Virus record (IMG/VR): IMGVR_UViG_3300037851_000393
Location: 1 to 42,604 of that record
Length of the DNA: 42,604 bases
Direction: 5' to 3' (one strand)
Source: a virus
Taxonomy: Duplodnaviria; Caudoviricetes
Under the pieces are notes generated by a model. The model ran no database searches and had not been told where the DNA came from. It saw only the letters and a list, made by a program, of their open reading frames with translations. A program made the translations under genes and the position numbers. This document shows, one piece after another, positions 33,792 to 41,257 of the stretch; the stretch's first letter is position 1; each line of letters starts with the position of its first letter.

Positions 33792-34133
33792 TCAGGATGG
33801 TCGGCGGCCCGCGCCGTCGTGGATCACCTCCGGGTCGCCTTCGTCCCGGATCGCGGCGTATTGCTCCGGCGTCCGGCGGCGGCGCAACGCGTCGAGGCAC
33901 TCCTGGCCGCCCACCGCCATAACCGCGCAGACGAGCGGCTTCTCCTCGTGGCACCTGCAGAGTCCCGCGTCGGTCAACTGGGGGCAGCGGGACGGGACCG
34001 CGTATAGGCGCGGGCCGGCCGGCACGCCTCGCGCCGCCAGCCACTCGGCCATCGCGCCTGGGAACTCGTTGCTCGCGTTAATCTCGATGGTGATCTCCTC
34101 GCAGCAGGCTCCCGCGCAGCGGATGCAATTCAC
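33792..34133 (-). CDS. YkgJ-like cysteine-cluster protein
   Basis: CIRCAGACC...RCPQL...GLC.CHEEKPLVC; GTG at 34133 in a GTGA overlap. Confidence 0.7.
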   Translation of the reverse strand: MNCIRCAGACCEEITIEINASNEFPGAMAEWLAARGVPAGPRLYAVPSRCPQLTDAGLCRCHEEKPLVCAVMAVGGQECLDALRRRRTPEQYAAIRDEGDPEVIHDGAGRRPS

Positions 34134-34318
34134 TTCCCGCGCCCCTTCCACTTCTCAATCACTTCCAGCACGACCTTCCGGTCCGGCCGCTCGTTCGTCT
34201 CGCGCCGGTACTGGTCGGAGACGTCGCCCTCGGCCAGCTCGTTGCCCCCGAACAGGAACGATTTCACAATCAGCTCGACCCGCTGCCGCTCGGTCAGACC
34301 CGAGATCTCGCGGCTCAC
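34130..34318 (-). CDS. Small hypothetical protein
   Basis: GTGA overlaps at both ends. Confidence 0.55.
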   Translation of the reverse strand: MSREISGLTERQRVELIVKSFLFGGNELAEGDVSDQYRRETNERPDRKVVLEVIEKWKGRGK

Positions 34319-34482
34319 GCCTCGCATCCCGGATCTATAGGTTCCAGCCGGTCTTCTGGCTCCCGGGTGTCATCCAGGACAACCGCGAGCTTCATCGCCA
34401 CCAGCGGGGCGACCTCGTCGCGCGCGACGCCGTAGCGCTCCATCGCCTTGTCGAGCAGGACGAGAGCCGCGCGCTCGCTCAC
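34315..34482 (-). CDS. Small hypothetical protein
   Basis: GTG at 34482; GTGA overlaps at both ends. Confidence 0.5.
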   Translation of the reverse strand: MSERAALVLLDKAMERYGVARDEVAPLVAMKLAVVLDDTREPEDRLEPIDPGCEA

Positions 34483-34814
34483 GGCACCCGCTCCCACCGG
34501 TGCTCTTCGCGATACTCGTCCGCGCTCGTTGAGATGAACTCCCTGCACTCCGCGATGGGGTGCGGGTACGTCACGTAGCACCGCGCCCCGAGGTCCGCCG
34601 CGCACCCGTGCATGACGGTGCCCGGGTCGCTCATCGACATCATGACCGTCTCCTCGCCCGGGTACGGCGGCTCGTGGCGGCAGTCTCGCTGCCGCGGCCG
34701 TCGGGGTTTAGATGGCTTCGGCTCGGCGAGGATCATCGTGGCCTGCCGATCCGCGGCCGTCAGACCGACGATCGGCTTGGACGCCCAGTAGTCGCCGTGC
34801 GAAACAGGGCTCAC
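34479..34814 (-). CDS. Hypothetical protein with Cys/His cluster
   Basis: GTG at 34814 overlaps the upstream stop; DCRH, HGC, RCY, HP..EC. Confidence 0.5.
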   Translation of the reverse strand: MSPVSHGDYWASKPIVGLTAADRQATMILAEPKPSKPRRPRQRDCRHEPPYPGEETVMMSMSDPGTVMHGCAADLGARCYVTYPHPIAECREFISTSADEYREEHRWERVP

Positions 34815-35044
34815 AAAAACCAATTCCTGCCGGGTACGGGGATCATCACGGTCTGCCGTGAGTCGTAAACCCGATTGATCGTGCGTGCCCACGCGAGGTG
34901 TTGTCGAAGCTGCGCGAGATACTCGGTCAGAAGCCACGAGGGCATCAATAAGTTCGAAGGAGTGTGCGGACAGGAACCCAGAGTTCGGGTACTGTGAACT
35001 CCAACTTCACACGCGGCGCGAATCAGCATCTCGGGTAGTCTCAT
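34811..35044 (-). CDS. Small hypothetical protein, 77 aa
   Basis: TGATG and GTGA coupling with neighbours. Confidence 0.45.
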   Translation of the reverse strand: MRLPEMLIRAACEVGVHSTRTLGSCPHTPSNLLMPSWLLTEYLAQLRQHLAWARTINRVYDSRQTVMIPVPGRNWFL

Positions 35045-35322
35045 CAGTTATGGTGTCTCGGTGCCGGAATCTTCGCTTCGAACTCCGCGTAGCTCATCTC
35101 GGAGCCTCCACCTCCGATCGGTCCGACGATGAACCGACCTCTGGAAGCCTGGATGGTGTTGATCCCTCGCTTCCGTCTGCGCCCTTGGTAGGGCTTGTAC
35201 TGGATGACGTGGCACCCCGTACCGCCGCAGTCGAGGCAGATGACGGCTCGACCTGGGCCTTCACACATGCCGCTGTATAGACCGGACCCGTCGCACGACC
35301 CGCATTCTGTGTCGATCTTCAT
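35044..35322 (-). CDS. DnaJ-type zinc-finger small protein, 92 aa
   Basis: CGSCDGSG and CLDCGGTG (two CxxCxGxG); ATG at 35322 overlaps the thyX stop. Confidence 0.7.
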   Translation of the reverse strand: MKIDTECGSCDGSGLYSGMCEGPGRAVICLDCGGTGCHVIQYKPYQGRRRKRGINTIQASRGRFIVGPIGGGGSEMSYAEFEAKIPAPRHHN

Positions 35323-36098
35323 GCTCGCCCCTCGTCGAACAGCGCCAGCGTACGCGGGAACTTCTCTGACAGGACGGAGTGCACCGCGTTCGCGTACTGC
35401 CGGATCTCCCACTGCGCGTTCTCGGCCATGCGGAGCTTCAGGAACCCGAGCCAGTTGCGTAGGTTCGCGGACGCCCGCATCCGGGAGTAGCGCCCGACCG
35501 TCACGGCGAGGCGGGCAATCTCCTTAGGCACGCCGGCCCGAAGCCCGCTCTGGTAGACGTGCTCGGCGCGGGCGTAGAGGTCGCTCAGGTCCTGCGACCA
35601 CGCTCCGAACGTCACGCGGCGCTGCTCCTCCAGCGGCGGTTCCCCGAACGCGCCGCCCACGGACTGCGCCTGCTTGTTCGCGCCGCCCGAGATCAGCATC
35701 CGCTCGACGGTCGGGAGGTAGTTCACGTCGGGCATCGGGGTATAACGAGCGGACAGCTCGTTGTAGCTCTGCGTCCGATGCCGGTGCCACTCCCGGAATA
35801 CGAAGATCGGAGCCTGGACCTCGACTGTCGCCCCGCCCATCTCGAACGGCGTGTAGTGGTCGTGCTCCCAGAGGTAGCGAAGCAGCTTCTCGTCGCCCGG
35901 AACGGAGCACGTCCCTCCACACTTCGAACACGCACAGTCCTCGGGAGCTGGGTCCGCATCAACGACGCAGGTCGGGCAGGCCTTCGGACCCCAGCCCTGG
36001 AAGCCCTTGTTCGTGCTCATCCGCGCGGCCTCGATGATCCGCTCGTCGGAGCCCCACGTCTCGATCAGCTCGACGCTGCCGTGGTCGAGGAGTTTCAC
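35319..36098 (-). CDS. thyX: FAD-dependent thymidylate synthase ThyX
   Basis: H.TPFE, APIFVFREWHRHRTQSYNELSARY, GVPKEIAR, NLRNWLGFLKLR...AQWEIRQYA. Confidence 0.96.
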   Translation of the reverse strand: MKLLDHGSVELIETWGSDERIIEAARMSTNKGFQGWGPKACPTCVVDADPAPEDCACSKCGGTCSVPGDEKLLRYLWEHDHYTPFEMGGATVEVQAPIFVFREWHRHRTQSYNELSARYTPMPDVNYLPTVERMLISGGANKQAQSVGGAFGEPPLEEQRRVTFGAWSQDLSDLYARAEHVYQSGLRAGVPKEIARLAVTVGRYSRMRASANLRNWLGFLKLRMAENAQWEIRQYANAVHSVLSEKFPRTLALFDEGRA

Positions 36099-36349
36099 AC
36101 CTCTCCTCCGGCCATTCGGACGGCCTGACGGAAACGCTCCTTCGCCTCGTGAACCGGGCGATACTCCATACCGAGCGTCGGGCGCATGCTGCGCGCCTGG
36201 TCGCTCGTGAGTTCGCCCAGGAGTTCCCGGTACTCGCCGCGCATGCGGTCGATCACCACCCCCGGCTTCCGGCGGTCGTTCGAGGAGACGAACGCGCAGT
36301 GTATCGCGTAGTCGAGGGCGTCGACGGGCATGCGGAGCTTGGACTTCAC
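36095..36349 (-). CDS. Hypothetical protein, 84 aa
   Basis: GTG at 36349; GTGA overlaps at both ends. Confidence 0.55.
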   Translation of the reverse strand: MKSKLRMPVDALDYAIHCAFVSSNDRRKPGVVIDRMRGEYRELLGELTSDQARSMRPTLGMEYRPVHEAKERFRQAVRMAGGEV

Positions 36350-36918
36350 AGCGCTGCGCCGTCCGCCGCAGCCTGCGCGGCGGTGACCTCGCGCAGCTTC
36401 TCCCACTGGTTTAACGCGTGATTGAGGGCGTCGACCCAGTCGACACCCTCTACCATCGGCGGGGCGCTTGGCGGGGGAGGGTTCTGGCGGAGCCACTCCT
36501 TCTTCTGGTCGGAGGCGAGCTTCGCTCCGAGCGCGATGTTCATCGCGGCGTACTCCGCATCCGGCTCGTCCTGGACCGCGTCGAGGAGTCGCTCGCGGGT
36601 CGTGGCGTACCACGGGTTCACCCGACACAGCTTCTCGAACTGCGCCCACGCCTGTCGCAGCCCGCGCTCCCGCTGACGGCGGCCAACATGCGGTCGCCAG
36701 CTTACGCCCTCAGGCAGCGGGGTCGTGCCCCCGTTCGATCCGCGTCCGCTCTTTGGGGTGACCCCGCTCGCGATCTGGGCAGCCCGCTCGCGGGCTCGAC
36801 GCTCGTTCGCAGCCTGCTCCAGCTCGGATCGCGTAAGCGGGACCTGTTCGGCCTTGCCTCCGAGCACCGTCCGCAACGCCCTCCGGATCATCGACTCGTC
36901 AGGCCGGGTCTCTTCCAT
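36346..36918 (-). CDS. Hypothetical protein, 190 aa
   Basis: ATG at 36918 with GGAGG RBS; helical content. Confidence 0.65.
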   Translation of the reverse strand: MEETRPDESMIRRALRTVLGGKAEQVPLTRSELEQAANERRARERAAQIASGVTPKSGRGSNGGTTPLPEGVSWRPHVGRRQRERGLRQAWAQFEKLCRVNPWYATTRERLLDAVQDEPDAEYAAMNIALGAKLASDQKKEWLRQNPPPPSAPPMVEGVDWVDALNHALNQWEKLREVTAAQAAADGAAL

Positions 36919-37024
36919 ATATCGTCCCTCCTGGGACATGGGGCTCGTCGGGCGGGGCCCGGGGCCGAGGACCGGCGGCGCCGCCACTAGGGAAGCGCGA
37001 TCTCCCCGCCCGACCAGCTGATGA

Positions 37025-38977
37025 CTATCTTACAGCAGCCGGGGCCTGAAGTACACCCTTGAGCAACTCGGGGAACCGACCCTTCGTCAACCCCCACCCC
37101 GGAACACAGTCCGCTTCGGTCCAGCCCCGCGTGAACCGCTGGTTGCGGAACTGCTCGCGGCTCCAGCGGCTCGGCGTCAGGTTGTCGCCGTGCCGGATGT
37201 CGATGTTCGGCTGCGCGCTCATCCACGCCTCGGAGGTCAAGTCATCGACGCGCTCGGGTCGTCGGTGCGTCCCAGGCTCGAAGCCCATCTTTCGGTTGAA
37301 GCCGTTCTTCTCGATCAGCTCAACCCGCTTTCGGAAGTGCGTGAGCAGCGTGTTGCGCCGCGCACAGAGGCCGCTGAGCTGGCGCACGTAGTAGAACAGC
37401 GCGCGTCCTGATTCGGCGTCCACCTTCCATACGTTCTCGTTGTACCAGTAGCCCGTCGTGATTCCGAACTCATCCGTTCGCGGCGGGGTGAAGTCGAAGT
37501 GGCTGGGGTGGTAGAGGACGTCGTGCTCGCAGAAGTAGATCACCTCGGCCGTACTCGCTTCAAGCCCCACGAGGATCTGCTTTGCCATTGTGAGGTAGCC
37601 GCGCTCGAGCGGGAGAACGACGTTTCGCATGTTGCGGGCGGCGTCGCAGAAAAACGCGGTCGGCTCAAGCGTCACCGCGACGATCGGGAGCTCCCCGCTC
37701 GCTCGGCGGAGCTGATCGCGACACGCCGTCAGCACCTCGCCTGGGGCGTGCGCGTCGCTGTAGTAGATGACGCCTTTGGTTGGGCTCGTACCCAGATTGG
37801 GTACGATCATACCCGGATTGGGTACGACCACCTTGGGAATGAAGAGATCCGGTATCACCTTCGCGACCTCAGTCGGGATAACCACCCGTGCCTCAAGCGC
37901 CTGCTCGTCGCTCGGCACCGGCCCCTCGGGCGCGGCGGTCGGCTCCGGGTCCGGCTCCGGCGCGATACGCTTGCCCGTGATCCGGTTTATTTCGTCCCGG
38001 TTCGGCTTGATCTTATGGAGCAGCTCGAACGCCGCGCCCTTCGCCCGCACCTTCTCGAACGCCGCGCCCGACCACCCGGGCACGGGCCAGAAATGCTCGA
38101 CGAGCCACGAGAGCGGGCGGACCTGGCCGCGCCACTTGTTCTCGAACCAGAGGGACTGGCTGTGCTTCCGCGCCTTGTCGACGTCGCGCCCGCGCAGCTC
38201 GTACGGGAACCCGAAGTCACCGCCCTGCGTCCGGAACATGTGCGCGAACCACGTGCGCTTGTTCGTCACCATCCGCCCGCCGGAGAGCCACGACTTGCAG
38301 CCCAGCTCGGTACCCATCTGGCCCCACGAGCCGTGGCCCTCGTCCATCCCGTCCAGCTGCCAGTACCGCTCGCGTTCGAGGAACCAGCAAGCCCCGAGGC
38401 AGCTCATGGTGTCCGCGATCTCGCCGCGGCCCTCAGGCCGCTTCTGCCACTCCGGGAAGTACTGGAAGTGGAGCGTCTCGTCGAAGCGCCACGCGGTCGT
38501 AAGGCGCTTCTCGCGCCGCTTCCAGACCATCTCGCGCTTCGGGCTCGGGGCCCCGCACTTGTCGCACTTCACCGGGGTCGGACCCTGGTAAGTGCGATTC
38601 GCGCAGGAGCCGCACACCCAGTCGAACGCGTGGAGGTTGTACTGCTGGGGAATCTGCGTGACGTTGCGACCCAGCTCGCCGGCCGCGCGGATCAGCTCAA
38701 CGTCGAACCCCTCGGCCACCATGCAGTGGGCGTCGAGCTTCATCACGTACCGCGCGTCGGAGAGCCGCGCCGCGAGGTTCGTAGCGGCCCGCTGCCCGAT
38801 CGAGTCTGGCAGGATCACGACGGTCAAGCGGTCGTGCTGGGTGAGTGGCTCGACCGCCGGGGCGCCGTCGAGGACGACGATCACCTCGGTCTCGGCTCGG
38901 GCGTTCGCGAGGACGTCCTCGACGGTACGCCTGAGGAACATCTCGTTGCGGGCGGGAATGAGGACGGAGAGGTCCAT
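37025..38977 (-). CDS. Two-domain glycosyltransferase: N-terminal GT-A resembling polypeptide GalNAc-transferases (GT2/GT27-like) plus a second GT-A domain
   Basis: SVLIPARNE, EVIVVLDG, KLDAHC (DxH), DEGHGSWGQMGTELGCKSWLSGG, AHMFR...FPY; second domain IYFCEHDVLY. ATG at 38977 in a TGATG overlap. Confidence 0.88.
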   Translation of the reverse strand: MDLSVLIPARNEMFLRRTVEDVLANARAETEVIVVLDGAPAVEPLTQHDRLTVVILPDSIGQRAATNLAARLSDARYVMKLDAHCMVAEGFDVELIRAAGELGRNVTQIPQQYNLHAFDWVCGSCANRTYQGPTPVKCDKCGAPSPKREMVWKRREKRLTTAWRFDETLHFQYFPEWQKRPEGRGEIADTMSCLGACWFLERERYWQLDGMDEGHGSWGQMGTELGCKSWLSGGRMVTNKRTWFAHMFRTQGGDFGFPYELRGRDVDKARKHSQSLWFENKWRGQVRPLSWLVEHFWPVPGWSGAAFEKVRAKGAAFELLHKIKPNRDEINRITGKRIAPEPDPEPTAAPEGPVPSDEQALEARVVIPTEVAKVIPDLFIPKVVVPNPGMIVPNLGTSPTKGVIYYSDAHAPGEVLTACRDQLRRASGELPIVAVTLEPTAFFCDAARNMRNVVLPLERGYLTMAKQILVGLEASTAEVIYFCEHDVLYHPSHFDFTPPRTDEFGITTGYWYNENVWKVDAESGRALFYYVRQLSGLCARRNTLLTHFRKRVELIEKNGFNRKMGFEPGTHRRPERVDDLTSEAWMSAQPNIDIRHGDNLTPSRWSREQFRNQRFTRGWTEADCVPGWGLTKGRFPELLKGVLQAPAAVR

Positions 38978-39657
38978 CACTTCCCGACCCTCTTGGGCGG
39001 GTTTTTCTCGTAGTCGGTCGGCTCCTTCTCTACTTCGTCCGCGTTGAAGTGGTACGTCTTCCCACCAACGCGCACGCTCGGGTTTCCCCACGCGTCGAAC
39101 GATGTCACCTTCCCGATCTTCCCAACTTGTGCCCTGGCATCCGCGCGGAAGGTCGGACCAGCGTATTTCGCGACGGCGACGTCTTTGATGCGGACGACCG
39201 TTCCCTTATCCAGCCCGCCGGGCTCGGCGTGCCCTTCTCGGAACTGGGACTTGTCGAATACGACCACTTGCTTCAAGTCTTCTTGATTCCGACCGAAGAA
39301 CGCCTGTCCCTTCCTGATGACGATCCCGTCGTGTCCGTCCTTCTTGATCTGTTCCAGGTCCAAGTCTCGCAGGCTCTCGGTATTCGCGGCCTCGATAACG
39401 TATGGGTTCTTCATGCGGACCGAGACGGGCCGTACCTCTCCGAAGTGTCCGGCGAGCGTCTTAGTAGGGGCAACGTAGATCCCCTCGCCCAGCAAAAACT
39501 CCCTCCCAAACTTCGCCTGCTGCTCCACGGATAAGCCGCCGTATACCCCCTCGCCGCGGAACCCGTTTAAAACGATAGGTTGACCCGTCTTCACCTGGTC
39601 CCAGCGCCCCGCGGTCCACTGGTTCCCTCTGAACGGGTGCCCCGGTTTATCGCCCAT
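38977..39657 (-). CDS. Leader-bearing ART-like protein (polyvalent-protein ART type) with SH3/KOW-like C-terminus
   Basis: MGDKPGHPFRGNQW leader; FRGEG...GEGIYVA...A..FG.V..V.VRMKNP...GHDGIVI...QVVVFDKSQ. Confidence 0.72.
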   Translation of the reverse strand: MGDKPGHPFRGNQWTAGRWDQVKTGQPIVLNGFRGEGVYGGLSVEQQAKFGREFLLGEGIYVAPTKTLAGHFGEVRPVSVRMKNPYVIEAANTESLRDLDLEQIKKDGHDGIVIRKGQAFFGRNQEDLKQVVVFDKSQFREGHAEPGGLDKGTVVRIKDVAVAKYAGPTFRADARAQVGKIGKVTSFDAWGNPSVRVGGKTYHFNADEVEKEPTDYEKNPPKRVGK

Positions 39658-39659
39658 TT

Positions 39660-40292
39660 CTATTTCTCCCCGCGCAGATACCAGCCGCCGACCCGCTTCG
39701 CCTTCTTGGGATCGAGTAGGACGGTTACGTTCTGCTCTCTGTCGCTGCTGAACGACGGGTGGGTGTAGGTGGCGTACAGTGCGCCGGCGGCCCGGGCGCG
39801 CGCGAACCCGGTAGCGAGCGCCGCCTCTAGGTCGTCGCCCTCCATGATGGCCTCGTTCACCTCGTCGTTGATGTCCACGGCCTTGCCGCGCGGGAGACTC
39901 ACGGTCGCGACGTGCGCGTCCGACTCCGGGCCGTGGCCGGTGAGCGCCTTGCCCTCGGCGTACCCGACTGCCTCATCGTAGTGGTCCACCAGATACAACT
40001 CGCCGCCCTTGAAGTCACCGGTGTCCCGCGAACCGTGGTAGAGCCGCCCGCCAGCCTCGGGTTTGAACGTCGCGCGGCCGCCCGCCGGGTCGCGCCCGTC
40101 GCCGTCCCCGGCTCGAGACCTGCCGGGCGCGACATAACTCTCCTCGTGCGAACCGGCCAGGGCCGCGCGGCCCGAACGGGAACCTTCTGACCAGTCGCCC
40201 TTCTTCACCACGGCTGCTGCTGCGGCCCTGCCTCCGGTCCTGGCGCTGGTCCACTGGTTGCCCCGGAACTCGTGCCCCTGCTTGTCACCCAT
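39660..40292 (-). CDS. Leader-bearing ART-like protein
   Basis: MGDKQGHEFRGNQW leader; LYHGS...LYL...EAVGYA...V..V.L...VTVLLDP. Confidence 0.68.
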   Translation of the reverse strand: MGDKQGHEFRGNQWTSARTGGRAAAAAVVKKGDWSEGSRSGRAALAGSHEESYVAPGRSRAGDGDGRDPAGGRATFKPEAGGRLYHGSRDTGDFKGGELYLVDHYDEAVGYAEGKALTGHGPESDAHVATVSLPRGKAVDINDEVNEAIMEGDDLEAALATGFARARAAGALYATYTHPSFSSDREQNVTVLLDPKKAKRVGGWYLRGEK

Positions 40293-40295
40293 GTT

Positions 40296-41222
40296 CTATT
40301 CTACCCCACCCGTAGCCCAAAAGTCTCTGCTGATCCGGCTCCAATTGAAGCGCGCCGCCGCAGCCTTCCGCTCGGCCTCCGTCACGTACCGCCCGCCCGT
40401 CTGGAACAGCGCCACGAGATCGAGCGTCACGGACTTCGGGTCGCGCTCCGCGACGTACTCGGCCCAGTCGCCGAACCACTGACGGTAGTGCGGCTGGTCG
40501 TACATCACGGGCCTCGCGCCGCAGAGCAGGCCCTCAGCCGCCGGCAGTTCGAATCCCTCGTGGCGGCGCAAGCCACTCACGAACCGGCACCGGCGATACA
40601 TCGCCGCCAGCTCCTCGTCGGAGATCCCCGTCTTGAAGATCGTCTCGGACTTCATCGAGTACTGAGGCCCGAGCTGAAACACCTTGGCCTTGAGCGCGGC
40701 AGCGGCGTCGTCGCACTCCCCGACGCCCTCCTGGCTCCGCCGGAAGCCAGACGTGCACACCAGGACGTCCCTCGCGACCGCGGGCTCCGGCGTGAACACC
40801 GAGGCGTCGACTCCGAGCGGCGCGTGGTAGAAGTTGAAGTCGACCGGATCACCTCCGTCCGCGGCGATCCAGTCCGCGATCGGGTAGTAGCTCCAGACGA
40901 CCGTGGCGTCTCGCCACAGCTCGCGCCACTGGTTCGTGCTCGGCTGCCTCGTCGTACGAAGCGCGATCTGGACCACCGCGAACTTCTGGCCGCGCTTGCG
41001 GCACCGATCGGCCTGGTAGTAAAAATGGTCGTGCAGCCCGTTCACGAGCATCACCAGCACGTCGCCGTCGGCTTCGCCCTCGATAGGTCGCGAGCGGTGC
41101 ACGTCCTTGCGGATGGTCTCCGGGCGGGCGACCTCATGGCCCAGGAGCGACGCATCCGCGGCCAACGCGTCCGAGATGCGCTGGATGGCGCGCGAGTGGT
41201 GGGTGGGAACGATGAGCTTCAT
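40296..41222 (-). CDS. GT-B fold (GT4 / group 1-like) glycosyltransferase
   Basis: PLGVDASVF.P, ISDEELAAMYRRC, EGFELPAAEGLLCGA (Ex7E), A..FNW. Confidence 0.9.
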   Translation of the reverse strand: MKLIVPTHHSRAIQRISDALAADASLLGHEVARPETIRKDVHRSRPIEGEADGDVLVMLVNGLHDHFYYQADRCRKRGQKFAVVQIALRTTRQPSTNQWRELWRDATVVWSYYPIADWIAADGGDPVDFNFYHAPLGVDASVFTPEPAVARDVLVCTSGFRRSQEGVGECDDAAAALKAKVFQLGPQYSMKSETIFKTGISDEELAAMYRRCRFVSGLRRHEGFELPAAEGLLCGARPVMYDQPHYRQWFGDWAEYVAERDPKSVTLDLVALFQTGGRYVTEAERKAAAARFNWSRISRDFWATGGVE

Positions 41223-41257
41223 CGGGTCTCCGGGGTACTCATAGCATCTCCATCGTT

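Noticed and set aside
37790-37830. Short direct repeat ttgggtacga x2 in the GT linker
   Set aside because: A small in-frame duplication (VPNP/VPNL) in a low-complexity linker, with no evidence of function.
37499-39013. Long plus-strand ORFs (504 aa here; also 22518..23567, 29744..30781, 40272..41261)
   Set aside because: Arg/Ala-rich, with no recognisable motifs and antisense to well-supported genes; expected in high-GC DNA.
40547-40556. GTTCGAATCC tRNA T-loop-like sequence
   Set aside because: It is the reverse complement of the GFE codons in the GT4 EGFELP motif; I could not build a cloverleaf around it.
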